In this document: piece by piece, positions 36,570 through 43,144 of the stretch
How the letters are laid out: the number at the start of each line of letters is the position of its first letter
Position numbering within the stretch: the stretch's first letter is position 1
Virus record (IMG/VR): IMGVR_UViG_3300020044_000889
Span: 1-43,144 of that record
Length of the DNA: 43,144 nucleotides
DNA from: a virus
Lineage: Duplodnaviria; Caudoviricetes
Strand: one strand, 5' to 3'
Program-made: the position numbers and the translations under genes
Notes under the pieces: generated by a model
Database searches by the model: none
The model's input: the letters and a program-made list of their open reading frames with translations, nothing else
Told to the model about the DNA's origin: nothing

Positions 36570-37210
36570 ACAAACCTGCCCTTTGTTTTGCCTTTGGTGG
36601 CTATACCATCCCCACGGCTGGAAGCTGATGAGGCTTTGGGTTTACTAGAAACCATGCCGCCTTTTTTTATAGGCGTTGGGGTTTGATTCATACCGCCTGT
36701 CATTGGTTTAACGCCAGTCACAGGCACAGGGGGTTTTTGTTGGGATTGTAGGAATTTTTGTTGAGCCTCAGCAGCTTTAGCGTCTAGTTGAGCTTGTTGT
36801 AGTGCTTGTTGCTCAGAAGGTGAAGGCGTAGTCTGCCCAACGGGTTTTTGTTGAGCTTGCTGTAGAGCTTGTTGAGCTTGAGCTTGCTGTTGAGCTGTAG
36901 GAGGAGGTGCGGTTTGTTGAGTTTGTACAGCCGGTCTCTGAGGAACTTCGGGGCGTTGCCCAAATGGTAATTTACCAGCAGGAGGGAGGCTAGGGGGCAT
37001 ATTAGGTCTACCCATATCACGCGGAGGCAGAGCACCCATGCCGGGAGGCATAGCTTGCCCGAGTTTTGTACCCGCCGCTTGCCCGAGTTTTGTAGCCGCT
37101 GCTTGCCCGAGTGCGGGGCCTTGAGGCCTTGCACCCATAGCTTGTCCAAGTCCTTGCATACCGGGTTTTGTAGCTGGCCCACCAAAAGCCATCTTTTTTG
37201 TCTTAGCCAT
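36566..37210 (-). CDS. Pro/Gln-rich protein with the shared C-terminal tag
   Basis: Starts MAKTKKMAFGG; ends KKGG...SASSRGDGIATKGKTKGRFV. Confidence 0.75.
   Translation of the reverse strand: MAKTKKMAFGGPATKPGMQGLGQAMGARPQGPALGQAAATKLGQAAGTKLGQAMPPGMGALPPRDMGRPNMPPSLPPAGKLPFGQRPEVPQRPAVQTQQTAPPPTAQQQAQAQQALQQAQQKPVGQTTPSPSEQQALQQAQLDAKAAEAQQKFLQSQQKPPVPVTGVKPMTGGMNQTPTPIKKGGMVSSKPKASSASSRGDGIATKGKTKGRFV
37053..37111 (-). repeat. 24-bp tandem repeat (LGQAAxTK), about 2.5 copies
   Basis: GCTTGCCCGAG at 37053, 37077 and 37101. Confidence 0.9.
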
Positions 37211-37534
37211 TTAAACAAACCTACCTTTCGTTTTGCCTTTGGTAGCACAGCCATCGGCCTTTGTTACATACCCGCCATCTGCGCAGTTCCATGCTCGCAA
37301 AGATTTGTTAATCCTCGAATCTGGATCCCTTGCGGTTTCTGCGCTCGTCAATTTCGCTTTCATCCCCTTCATTCGGGCGCAGAAAGAGTCTCGCCTGCTG
37401 CCTCCCTCGGGTTGTGGGGCTTTCAGCCCCGGCTTCCCCGGGTTTGCTGCGTTGTAAGAGGCTCGTCCTTTGGCGTTCAAGCCGCCTTTGGGATTCTTCC
37501 CTTCTTTGCGCGTCCATGCAGGCGACTTAGCCAT
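37211..37534 (-). CDS. basic phage protein (RRDSFCARM...W.C type) with the shared C-terminal tag
   Basis: K.PKGGLN.KGR, RRDSFCARMKG, SLRAWNC, then ADGGYVTKADGCATKGKTKGRFV. Confidence 0.75.
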   Translation of the reverse strand: MAKSPAWTRKEGKNPKGGLNAKGRASYNAANPGKPGLKAPQPEGGSRRDSFCARMKGMKAKLTSAETARDPDSRINKSLRAWNCADGGYVTKADGCATKGKTKGRFV

Positions 37535-37808
37535 AGAACACCGTGATTTTTGCCGCTGTTGGCAATGTCACATACACGTCCGTTGAAAACAAAATCCCCT
37601 CGCCGGGAATTAACGTAGAAATAGCAGCGGTGTTGGTGGAAATGTTGACACGCAAACGCTCAGTACCGCCTGCACCCCCATCGGTAAAAACAATATCTCC
37701 GGCAGTTCCGCCAGATAAAAGCTGGTATCCCTTGATTCGGGTTCGCTGATCTACCATTGTGCCCGTTGCCTCGGCATGCGCTGATTTAACGTCATACTGC
37801 ATTGTCAT
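37527..37808 (-). CDS. small structural protein
   Basis: AGGAG RBS; IPGEGILF...VY beta-rich motif. Confidence 0.75.
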   Translation of the reverse strand: MTMQYDVKSAHAEATGTMVDQRTRIKGYQLLSGGTAGDIVFTDGGAGGTERLRVNISTNTAAISTLIPGEGILFSTDVYVTLPTAAKITVFYG

Positions 37809-37829
37809 AATCAATCTCCTGATTTAACA

Positions 37830-37843
37830 GGGGCCGAAGCCCC
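37830..37843 (-). terminator. C(UUCG)G tetraloop hairpin (weak terminator or stabiliser)
   Basis: GGGGC-TTCG-GCCCC followed by TGTT; poor U-tract. Confidence 0.55.
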
Positions 37844-37853
37844 GTGGGGTTGA

Positions 37854-38405
37854 TTAGGTAGTCGAGAATGGTGTTGCAACAGTGCCTGAGCCGTTTACAG
37901 TACCACGAACCATGTAGCTATTGGCAGCAACAGCAACGATTTCAATCCATGTACCAGCAACACCACCAGTAGTTCCACCATTCAAGTTGATGAAATCAAA
38001 GGTGTCTGCGGCTAAGGCGTTGTACGCTACCAGAGCGTCGGATGAATCAGTGTCAACACCAAACAAAGTGCCGATGAAATAGTCGCCAGAAGCGGCTGTA
38101 GTGGCAATCTTCAATGTGCTGGTGGTGATGGTTGTGGGAACCCAGATTGTGTAAACAACACCTTCGTTGTTCAGTGTGTTGGGGTCTGCGCCGGGGCCAG
38201 AAGAAGAGGGGTCGGTGGAGACATTGATTGTTGGCAATGTCACAGTGGTTGTAGCTGCCAAAGCGCCACCAATAGAAATGATGCGGCCTGCGTAATCCTG
38301 TGGGTTCAGCGTAACGCTGGAAGTAACTGCCAGAACGGAGTTAGGGCCTTGGGAATAGAAACCGCCCAATGATCGAATTGGGCCTTGAAACGTAGTGCGT
38401 GCCAT
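37854..38405 (-). CDS. capsid-associated structural (decoration/fibre-like) protein
   Basis: MARTTFQGP N-terminus; Thr/Gly-rich; LNGGTTGG..G; directly after the MCP gene. Confidence 0.65.
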   Translation of the reverse strand: MARTTFQGPIRSLGGFYSQGPNSVLAVTSSVTLNPQDYAGRIISIGGALAATTTVTLPTINVSTDPSSSGPGADPNTLNNEGVVYTIWVPTTITTSTLKIATTAASGDYFIGTLFGVDTDSSDALVAYNALAADTFDFINLNGGTTGGVAGTWIEIVAVAANSYMVRGTVNGSGTVATPFSTT

Positions 38406-38416
38406 GTTTTTTCCTT

Positions 38417-38486
38417 ACATGCAAGTTAAGGTGTATCAATCTGCATGTCGTCAGCCGGGACTGTTTGATACACCGGAGAACCCCGG
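38417..38486 (-). ncRNA. structured leader RNA: two hairpins with 10-bp loop-loop pairing
   Basis: Three interleaved complementary pairs (8, 10 and 8 bp) in a 70-nt intergenic segment. Confidence 0.6.
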
Positions 38487-38495
38487 AATGGTTGC

Positions 38496-38524
38496 AATAT
38501 ACACCAAAAGAAAAGGGGGCACAA
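38496..38524 (-). promoter_or_regulatory. putative sigma70 promoter overlapping the MCP terminator
   Basis: Minus strand TTGTGC-17 bp-TATATT. Confidence 0.5.
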
Positions 38525-38533
38525 GGCCCCCTT
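38506..38533 (-). terminator. Rho-independent terminator after the major capsid gene
   Basis: AAGGGGGC-CTTGT-GCCCCCTT running into TTTTCTTTT. Confidence 0.9.
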
Positions 38534-38540
38534 CCGGTTA

Positions 38541-39452
38541 TCAGGCAGTGCCTGAAGAACCCCACATACCCAGAGGGTCAGACCAGCCGAAGCTGTAACG
38601 CTCACGGGCCTTGTAACGGACGTTGCCGGTGTCGAAGTCGCCGTCCATGCTGTTAGCCAGCGGTGAACGAACAAAGTGCTTCAGACCGTTAGGCACGTCT
38701 GTGGTCAGGAACCAAGCGTTGGTGTCTGTCAAGAAGTGATTGACAGCGTAACCTTCAGGGATTGCACCCATTTGCTTGATGGCGTTGATGTCGTTATCAG
38801 CAGTAGAGACACGGAGTTCGGTGTCCAACAGGCGTTTAGCGACGAACATCAAGTTCGGGGGAACAATCATCTTCTTGGGTTTAGCTGCGATCAACAAGCC
38901 ACGCTCGTCTGTCCAAGCTGCGATTTGAATAACGGCGGCTTCCAAAGAAGTCTCGTTCAAGTCGATTTGGGTGGAAGGAGTGTTGCTGTTAGTGCCACCA
39001 GAGATCAGGGGGTGACTAGCGTTGAACAAAGACACGCCGTCGCCACCGGGGTAGCTAGAGCTAAAGCCATTGTTCAGGACGGCAGCAGCCTTGACCTGTT
39101 TGGTGTATGCCATAGCACGGGCCAAAGACTTGGTGTAGCGAGCAGACAAGCTGTCGTACAAGTTATCTTCAATCGCTTCTTCAGTGATTGAGAAACCCAA
39201 GGCGATGGTTTCGTGTGTATAGCGAGTTGACCATGCTTCTTGCGCATTGTCGTAAGCGATGGCAGAACCTTCGTTTTTGACAGGTGCGGCTGAGAAGCCA
39301 GACACCTTGGTTTCTTCCTCAAATGAACGCTCAGAGGTCTCAGTTTCGTAGATCTCTTTGTGTTCTTCGCCGTAACGTGAATACTCCATACCGAACAAAG
39401 CGTTCAAGCCGGGGAGCAACTCTTTCAGTAGCTGTGCGCGTGAAATAGCCAT
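38541..39452 (-). CDS. major capsid protein (HK97 fold, Mu gpT-like)
   Basis: MAISRAQLLKELLPGLNALFG, K.EG..I.YD, ITEEAIEDNLY, DGVSLF..SHP, RYKARERYSFGWSD; strong RBS; downstream terminator. Confidence 0.9.
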   Translation of the reverse strand: MAISRAQLLKELLPGLNALFGMEYSRYGEEHKEIYETETSERSFEEETKVSGFSAAPVKNEGSAIAYDNAQEAWSTRYTHETIALGFSITEEAIEDNLYDSLSARYTKSLARAMAYTKQVKAAAVLNNGFSSSYPGGDGVSLFNASHPLISGGTNSNTPSTQIDLNETSLEAAVIQIAAWTDERGLLIAAKPKKMIVPPNLMFVAKRLLDTELRVSTADNDINAIKQMGAIPEGYAVNHFLTDTNAWFLTTDVPNGLKHFVRSPLANSMDGDFDTGNVRYKARERYSFGWSDPLGMWGSSGTA

Positions 39453-39467
39453 GATTTAGCTCCTTGA

Positions 39468-40124
39468 TTAAACGCCAGAGGCGATAGTGGTTGTATGGAT
39501 CTCAAAGTTCCAACGAACGATGAGTTCGGGGAACACTACGTTGCCAGAACCATTGACATAAGATGTCTCAGGCACAACGTCAACGACGTTCAAGGGCAGT
39601 GTTCCTGTGGTTGCAGAAGCTGCAACAGCTACGCGGCTATCGCCAGTAGTTGTCAAACCAGTGTTCTGAACCAATTCCACGTTAGTACCGATAACGGTAT
39701 ATTGCGTGGTGGACGACGGCAATAAGCCAGAAGTTGCGTCGTTAGCAGTAGTACCAGCGGCAATTACACACTTGAACAAGGTATTGGGGTCATTACACAC
39801 ATAAGCGGTAATAACTGTACCTGTTGGGGCGGTAGTGCTTGCAGGATAGTACTGGGAGAAAATGACTTGGCCTTGCGCGTTAACGTAAGAACAACCCATA
39901 AAAATACCCATGACCTGTGAAGTTGTCACAGTTGCACGGGCAGACGTGATGGCAGATTTGATAATCGTGCCAGTATTTACCATTTCAACAACATCGCCAA
40001 AAAAGATAGCGGTGTCGTATGCCGAAGCAATACGGTACTGACGAGTTGCACCTGCGAAGGGTGTACCGCCGTACAGATTGATCGGTTTTAGCCCGTAGGG
40101 GGCATTTACCGTTGGATAAGCCAT
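39468..40124 (-). CDS. capsid decoration/minor head protein
   Basis: AP.GLKP, IF.GD.V, G.F.GC.Y, V.DDP-like motifs; upstream of MCP. Confidence 0.65.
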   Translation of the reverse strand: MAYPTVNAPYGLKPINLYGGTPFAGATRQYRIASAYDTAIFFGDVVEMVNTGTIIKSAITSARATVTTSQVMGIFMGCSYVNAQGQVIFSQYYPASTTAPTGTVITAYVCNDPNTLFKCVIAAGTTANDATSGLLPSSTTQYTVIGTNVELVQNTGLTTTGDSRVAVAASATTGTLPLNVVDVVPETSYVNGSGNVVFPELIVRWNFEIHTTTIASGV

Positions 40125-40141
40125 TTTAAGGACTCCTAAAT

Positions 40142-40621
40142 TTAAGAACCAGAACCGAAACTGACCTTGGATTTCTTCTCTGAGAAAAGGGGCATCCGAG
40201 GATCATTTTCACGAAGGAAATTGTTGTCCACTGATTCCATTTGAGACTGGTTCAAGTTTGCAAAATGTTTTGCGCGTTGTTCCATGAACTCGGCAGGGAT
40301 GCGGCAGAGCAACAGCCCACCAATCTCAATACCGCCTTTAAAGCGGCCTTCGATGGCAGCGTGCATCATCAGTTCGGGATATTCCTCTGCTTTGCAGGGT
40401 TCGTATCCTTCACGTAACTTAGAAGAAATATTGCTTGGATCAGCAACACCCATAGTGCTTAAGCGGATGTAGCGATGCTTCCAACCGGGACGGTCATCAG
40501 GCATCGGTAGAGTCTCAGGAGCTTTCCAAGACGTAGGTCTATAGGTAGTCGCACGAGAATCTAACTCACGGTCTAAACGAATTTGAGCCTTTTCAGACTT
40601 TTTGGTTTCGACGTTTTCCAT
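40142..40621 (-). CDS. head-module hypothetical protein
   Basis: W.AP..LP, G.KHR.IR, LREGYEP, GGLLLCRIP. Confidence 0.75.
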   Translation of the reverse strand: MENVETKKSEKAQIRLDRELDSRATTYRPTSWKAPETLPMPDDRPGWKHRYIRLSTMGVADPSNISSKLREGYEPCKAEEYPELMMHAAIEGRFKGGIEIGGLLLCRIPAEFMEQRAKHFANLNQSQMESVDNNFLRENDPRMPLFSEKKSKVSFGSGS

Positions 40622-40623
40622 TT

Positions 40624-41613
40624 TTAAGCACCTTTTCTAAGTAAAGCAACCTGTTTCGCGTATTCTTCAATCGGCACCCCAAGGCGACGCGCAGTCGCAG
40701 CTTCTGATGCCTTTAACCGTATACGATTAGGCGGAGTACTTCGGGTAGCCGGAGCTACTGGCGAAGCTGATCTTGTTGCACGGTACGGGGGATCATCCTC
40801 GTCAACCGGTTCTGACGTTCTTTTCTTAGGAGGCGGTTCGTCATCCTCATAGCTCTGTTCACTTTCAAAGTGCTCAGGAAATCGTTTGCGCATCGTTTTG
40901 TCGATGGTTTTGAAGTACTCTTCAGTACCTACATAGTCCGCACCATACTCTTTCTGTAACTTCCTGTCAATACCCATAGCGGTCATTGTCATTTCGTCAT
41001 CCTTACCCCACCAATCGCTGTTGCGATCAATCCACTTTTGAGTGCGGGGAGTAAGGTTAGGTTTTTCTGGTTGAGCAGGTACAAACTGACGTTCGTCAAC
41101 CTCGATAGGTCTCATCCCACGGGTCTTATCAAGCTTCAACGTAGCCTCGGCAATGTTTGCCTGAGCTTCAGTAATGGCATCGACATCGCCTACTTCGTAG
41201 GCCTCTTTGTAGCGTTTTTTGGCGGAATCAAGCTCCAATTGCGCGGTAGATTGCGACTGCTCAATAAATACTTTACTTCCATTAGAAAGCTGTTGTTGAA
41301 GTCTCTTGTTATCTTCATAGACTTGTTTGGCAAAGTTTTCAGCCGCTTCGCGTTCACGCAGGGCTTCTTCTTTGGCACGGCGTTCATCGTGGTAACCACG
41401 GGTGAACTTCTTGATACGCGCTTGAACCTTTTCGTCGTACGAAGCTAGTTCGTCTTCGGTTGGGTCTTCTACCGGTTCTTTCATGGGCTTGCGGCCACGA
41501 TCTTCCGGGGGCGTATCGTCTTCAATTTCTACTTCAAACTTTTCTTCAGCAGCAGCTTTCTCTGCTTTTTCATCCGGAAACTCGTAAGTTTCTTCAAACT
41601 TCTGTGTTGCCAT
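40624..41613 (-). CDS. putative capsid scaffolding protein
   Basis: Acidic N-terminus, long coiled coil, C-terminal A.RLGVP.EEYAK helix; lies between portal and MCP. Confidence 0.7.
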   Translation of the reverse strand: MATQKFEETYEFPDEKAEKAAAEEKFEVEIEDDTPPEDRGRKPMKEPVEDPTEDELASYDEKVQARIKKFTRGYHDERRAKEEALREREAAENFAKQVYEDNKRLQQQLSNGSKVFIEQSQSTAQLELDSAKKRYKEAYEVGDVDAITEAQANIAEATLKLDKTRGMRPIEVDERQFVPAQPEKPNLTPRTQKWIDRNSDWWGKDDEMTMTAMGIDRKLQKEYGADYVGTEEYFKTIDKTMRKRFPEHFESEQSYEDDEPPPKKRTSEPVDEDDPPYRATRSASPVAPATRSTPPNRIRLKASEAATARRLGVPIEEYAKQVALLRKGA

Positions 41614-41623
41614 GTGTTACTCC

Positions 41624-42034
41624 TTATGCTGCTCGTGTAATGCCACGGGGGTCTTCCACAACCGCTTCAACCGCATCGTCGTTGATGATGCGAAATTCTC
41701 GGCCATGAATCTTCAGACGGGTGCCTGAATTGGGTCGGACGATGATGAAATCACCTTCCTTGCACGACGGCCCATTTGGGAACCGAGTTGTGTCTTTATA
41801 AGCATCTGGGCCAAGCTTGACTACAAACAGCACTGGGGTCAGCACCTCTTCGTAGTGCATGGTCTTTGAGTCTTTAAGCAATCCAACTTCGCTGTCTTGG
41901 TATTCCTCCATTGCTTCGGGAACAACGCACAACATGCGAAAAGTTTTGGGGTCGGGCAATTGCTTGGCTTTTTGCTCTGCGGTGGTGTTCAAAATACCAG
42001 ACAGGTCAACTGCTGCAACGTCAAATTCAGTCAT
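41624..42034 (-). CDS. groES: GroES/Cpn10-like co-chaperonin
   Basis: LP.P..FR.L, VVKLGPDAY, CKEGD.I, GTRLKI.G.EFRIINDD.V.AVV; ATG 42034 after GGAG. Confidence 0.8.
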   Translation of the reverse strand: MTEFDVAAVDLSGILNTTAEQKAKQLPDPKTFRMLCVVPEAMEEYQDSEVGLLKDSKTMHYEEVLTPVLFVVKLGPDAYKDTTRFPNGPSCKEGDFIIVRPNSGTRLKIHGREFRIINDDAVEAVVEDPRGITRAA

Positions 42035-42224
42035 CAGATTTCTCCATTTTTCGCACAAGATCTTCAATAATATTTTCTGCGTAGTTCAGACCTTGGACAA
42101 CTCCGCATACTCGTCGATACTCTTCAATCGTGTCACACCGTCCAGCCGCAACGTAAGCTTCACGCTCTTGTTTTAGCTTTTGGATTTCTTTGGCTACATG
42201 AGCCAATTCTTGGTATTTACTCAA
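42027..42224 (-). CDS. small helical phage protein
   Basis: EEYRRVCGVVQGL; couples the portal and GroES genes. Confidence 0.7.
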   Translation of the reverse strand: MSKYQELAHVAKEIQKLKQEREAYVAAGRCDTIEEYRRVCGVVQGLNYAENIIEDLVRKMEKSDD

Positions 42225-43144
42225 TCACGTTCCTTTTTAGGTTTGTTGCTAGGCTGGTTTCGTTGCGCCGCCCGTTGCGCTTGCTGTACGGCTATTTGAG
42301 CGCGGTGTTTAGCAGCGTCAATACCCATACGCATTCCATCAGCTTCCATTTGCTTGTTCAACTGATCTCGTTTTGCGGCTGACTGTGCGCCAACCTGCAT
42401 AGCAGCGATCTCTTTTTGAGCCGCGATACGTGCTTCCTCGATGCGAATCTGATCTGCTTTTGCCGCAGCATCAATTTGTTGCTTCTGCTGTTTAAGCTGC
42501 AACTCACCCTGTTTGATTTGCAACTCTTGCATTTGCATCTGAACAATCGGGTCTTGCATCTGCTGCTGAGCCTGCTGTTGTTGCGCTTGCTGTTGGGCCT
42601 GCTGAGTCAACTGCTGGGACGCTTGCGCAGTCATCATGGCAATACGGTCTGCCAACTCTGGAGAGACTTGTTTGTTTTGCTCTTCTGTTGGCAGTGGTGT
42701 ACCAATTGCCATCTCTATCTGTTTGCGGTACTCGAACGCAATGTGCTCGTTGATGTGCGCCATAGCCGCTGCCATGATTGCTTGAGCTTGTGGGTTCATC
42801 TCCATCAACTGTTGAATCTTCGGATTCTGAATTGCTGCCATGTGCGCCTGAATGTGAGCCTCGTGGTTTTGCTCCATAAACGCTTTAACAGGTTTGCCCG
42901 TAAGAACATTTTGATTCTCTTGCACTGGGTCAGTAGGTACTGCGTCATCCTCCATAGGAACTAATTTGTTGGCATTCTTGATACCCAACACCTCAATCAT
43001 CTGGCGGTGGAGTAAGGGGAGGTTATACAACTGGGGGGCTGATTGGGCTAGTTGTAATACGGCTTGGTACTGCACGATCTTCTGTGCCATTGTTGCTGCA
43101 TTAGGATCACTGACAGGAATAACTTCTGTGCTGTCGTAGGCCGA
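42221..43144 (-). CDS. portal protein, C-terminal part (5' truncated)
   Basis: Frame open to the window end (EVIPVSDPNAATMAQ); Gln-rich C-terminal coiled coil like the P22 portal barrel; synteny. Confidence 0.75.
   Translation of the reverse strand, partial: SAYDSTEVIPVSDPNAATMAQKIVQYQAVLQLAQSAPQLYNLPLLHRQMIEVLGIKNANKLVPMEDDAVPTDPVQENQNVLTGKPVKAFMEQNHEAHIQAHMAAIQNPKIQQLMEMNPQAQAIMAAAMAHINEHIAFEYRKQIEMAIGTPLPTEEQNKQVSPELADRIAMMTAQASQQLTQQAQQQAQQQQAQQQMQDPIVQMQMQELQIKQGELQLKQQKQQIDAAAKADQIRIEEARIAAQKEIAAMQVGAQSAAKRDQLNKQMEADGMRMGIDAAKHRAQIAVQQAQRAAQRNQPSNKPKKERD

Larger units (their letters stand above)
1..43144. mobile_element. Caudoviricetes (podovirus-like) phage genome fragment with convergent replication and structural arms
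   Basis: Portal, capsid, tail, ejection, lysis and replication genes are tightly packed, with no bacterial housekeeping genes. No tape measure or sheath gene was recognised. Both ends are truncated inside genes. Confidence 0.95.

Noticed and set aside
37208-37213. TAA immediately followed by an in-frame ATG (possible readthrough fusion)
   Set aside because: The upstream ORF ends in the same GRFV terminus as its neighbour, so the stop looks genuine. Translational coupling explains it.
38406-38490. Canonical hammerhead ribozyme (CUGACGA present)
   Set aside because: GAAA does not directly follow stem II and no stem III can form. Kept only as an unclassified structured RNA.
1-43144. Genome-wide stop-codon reassignment (TAA>Gln), suggested by in-frame TAA junctions at 17199 and 37211
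   Set aside because: Most genes end in TAA followed by an SD and a start in another frame. Coding density is already near complete with code 11, and no suppressor tRNA was seen.

Overview
This window is a large, gene-dense fragment of a tailed dsDNA phage genome with podovirus-like (P22/APSE-type) virion architecture. The host is probably Gram-negative, because Rz/Rz1-type spanins are present. It has two convergent arms. The + arm (1-8817) is a replication module: family-A DNA polymerase (5'-truncated), Cas4-like PD-(D/E)XK nuclease, HNH, SNF2-like helicase, SSB-like protein, HTH protein and a primase-helicase. The - arm (43144-8911) is morphogenesis and lysis: portal (truncated), GroES-like co-chaperonin, scaffold, capsid proteins, a cluster of small basic proteins, adaptors, tail-fibre modules, lysis cassette, tail nozzle and ejection proteins. 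No tRNA, CRISPR array, integrase or reverse transcriptase was recognised. The most notable observations are: (1) a cluster of otherwise unrelated small proteins sharing one C-terminal tag (xxGG...SRADGxAx[KR]GKT[KR]), a candidate capsid cargo-loading/processing system; (2) a candidate ~85-nt sRNA at the arm junction whose loop is complementary to the GGAGCUAA ribosome-binding sites of three phage genes, including the major capsid gene; (3) a kissing-loop leader RNA downstream of the capsid gene; (4) a single in-frame TAA splitting the Gln-rich ejection protein; (5) an AUU-initiated gene and an H-type pseudoknot at the entry to the lysis cassette. All protein calls come from motif recognition and synteny by eye; no database searches were run.
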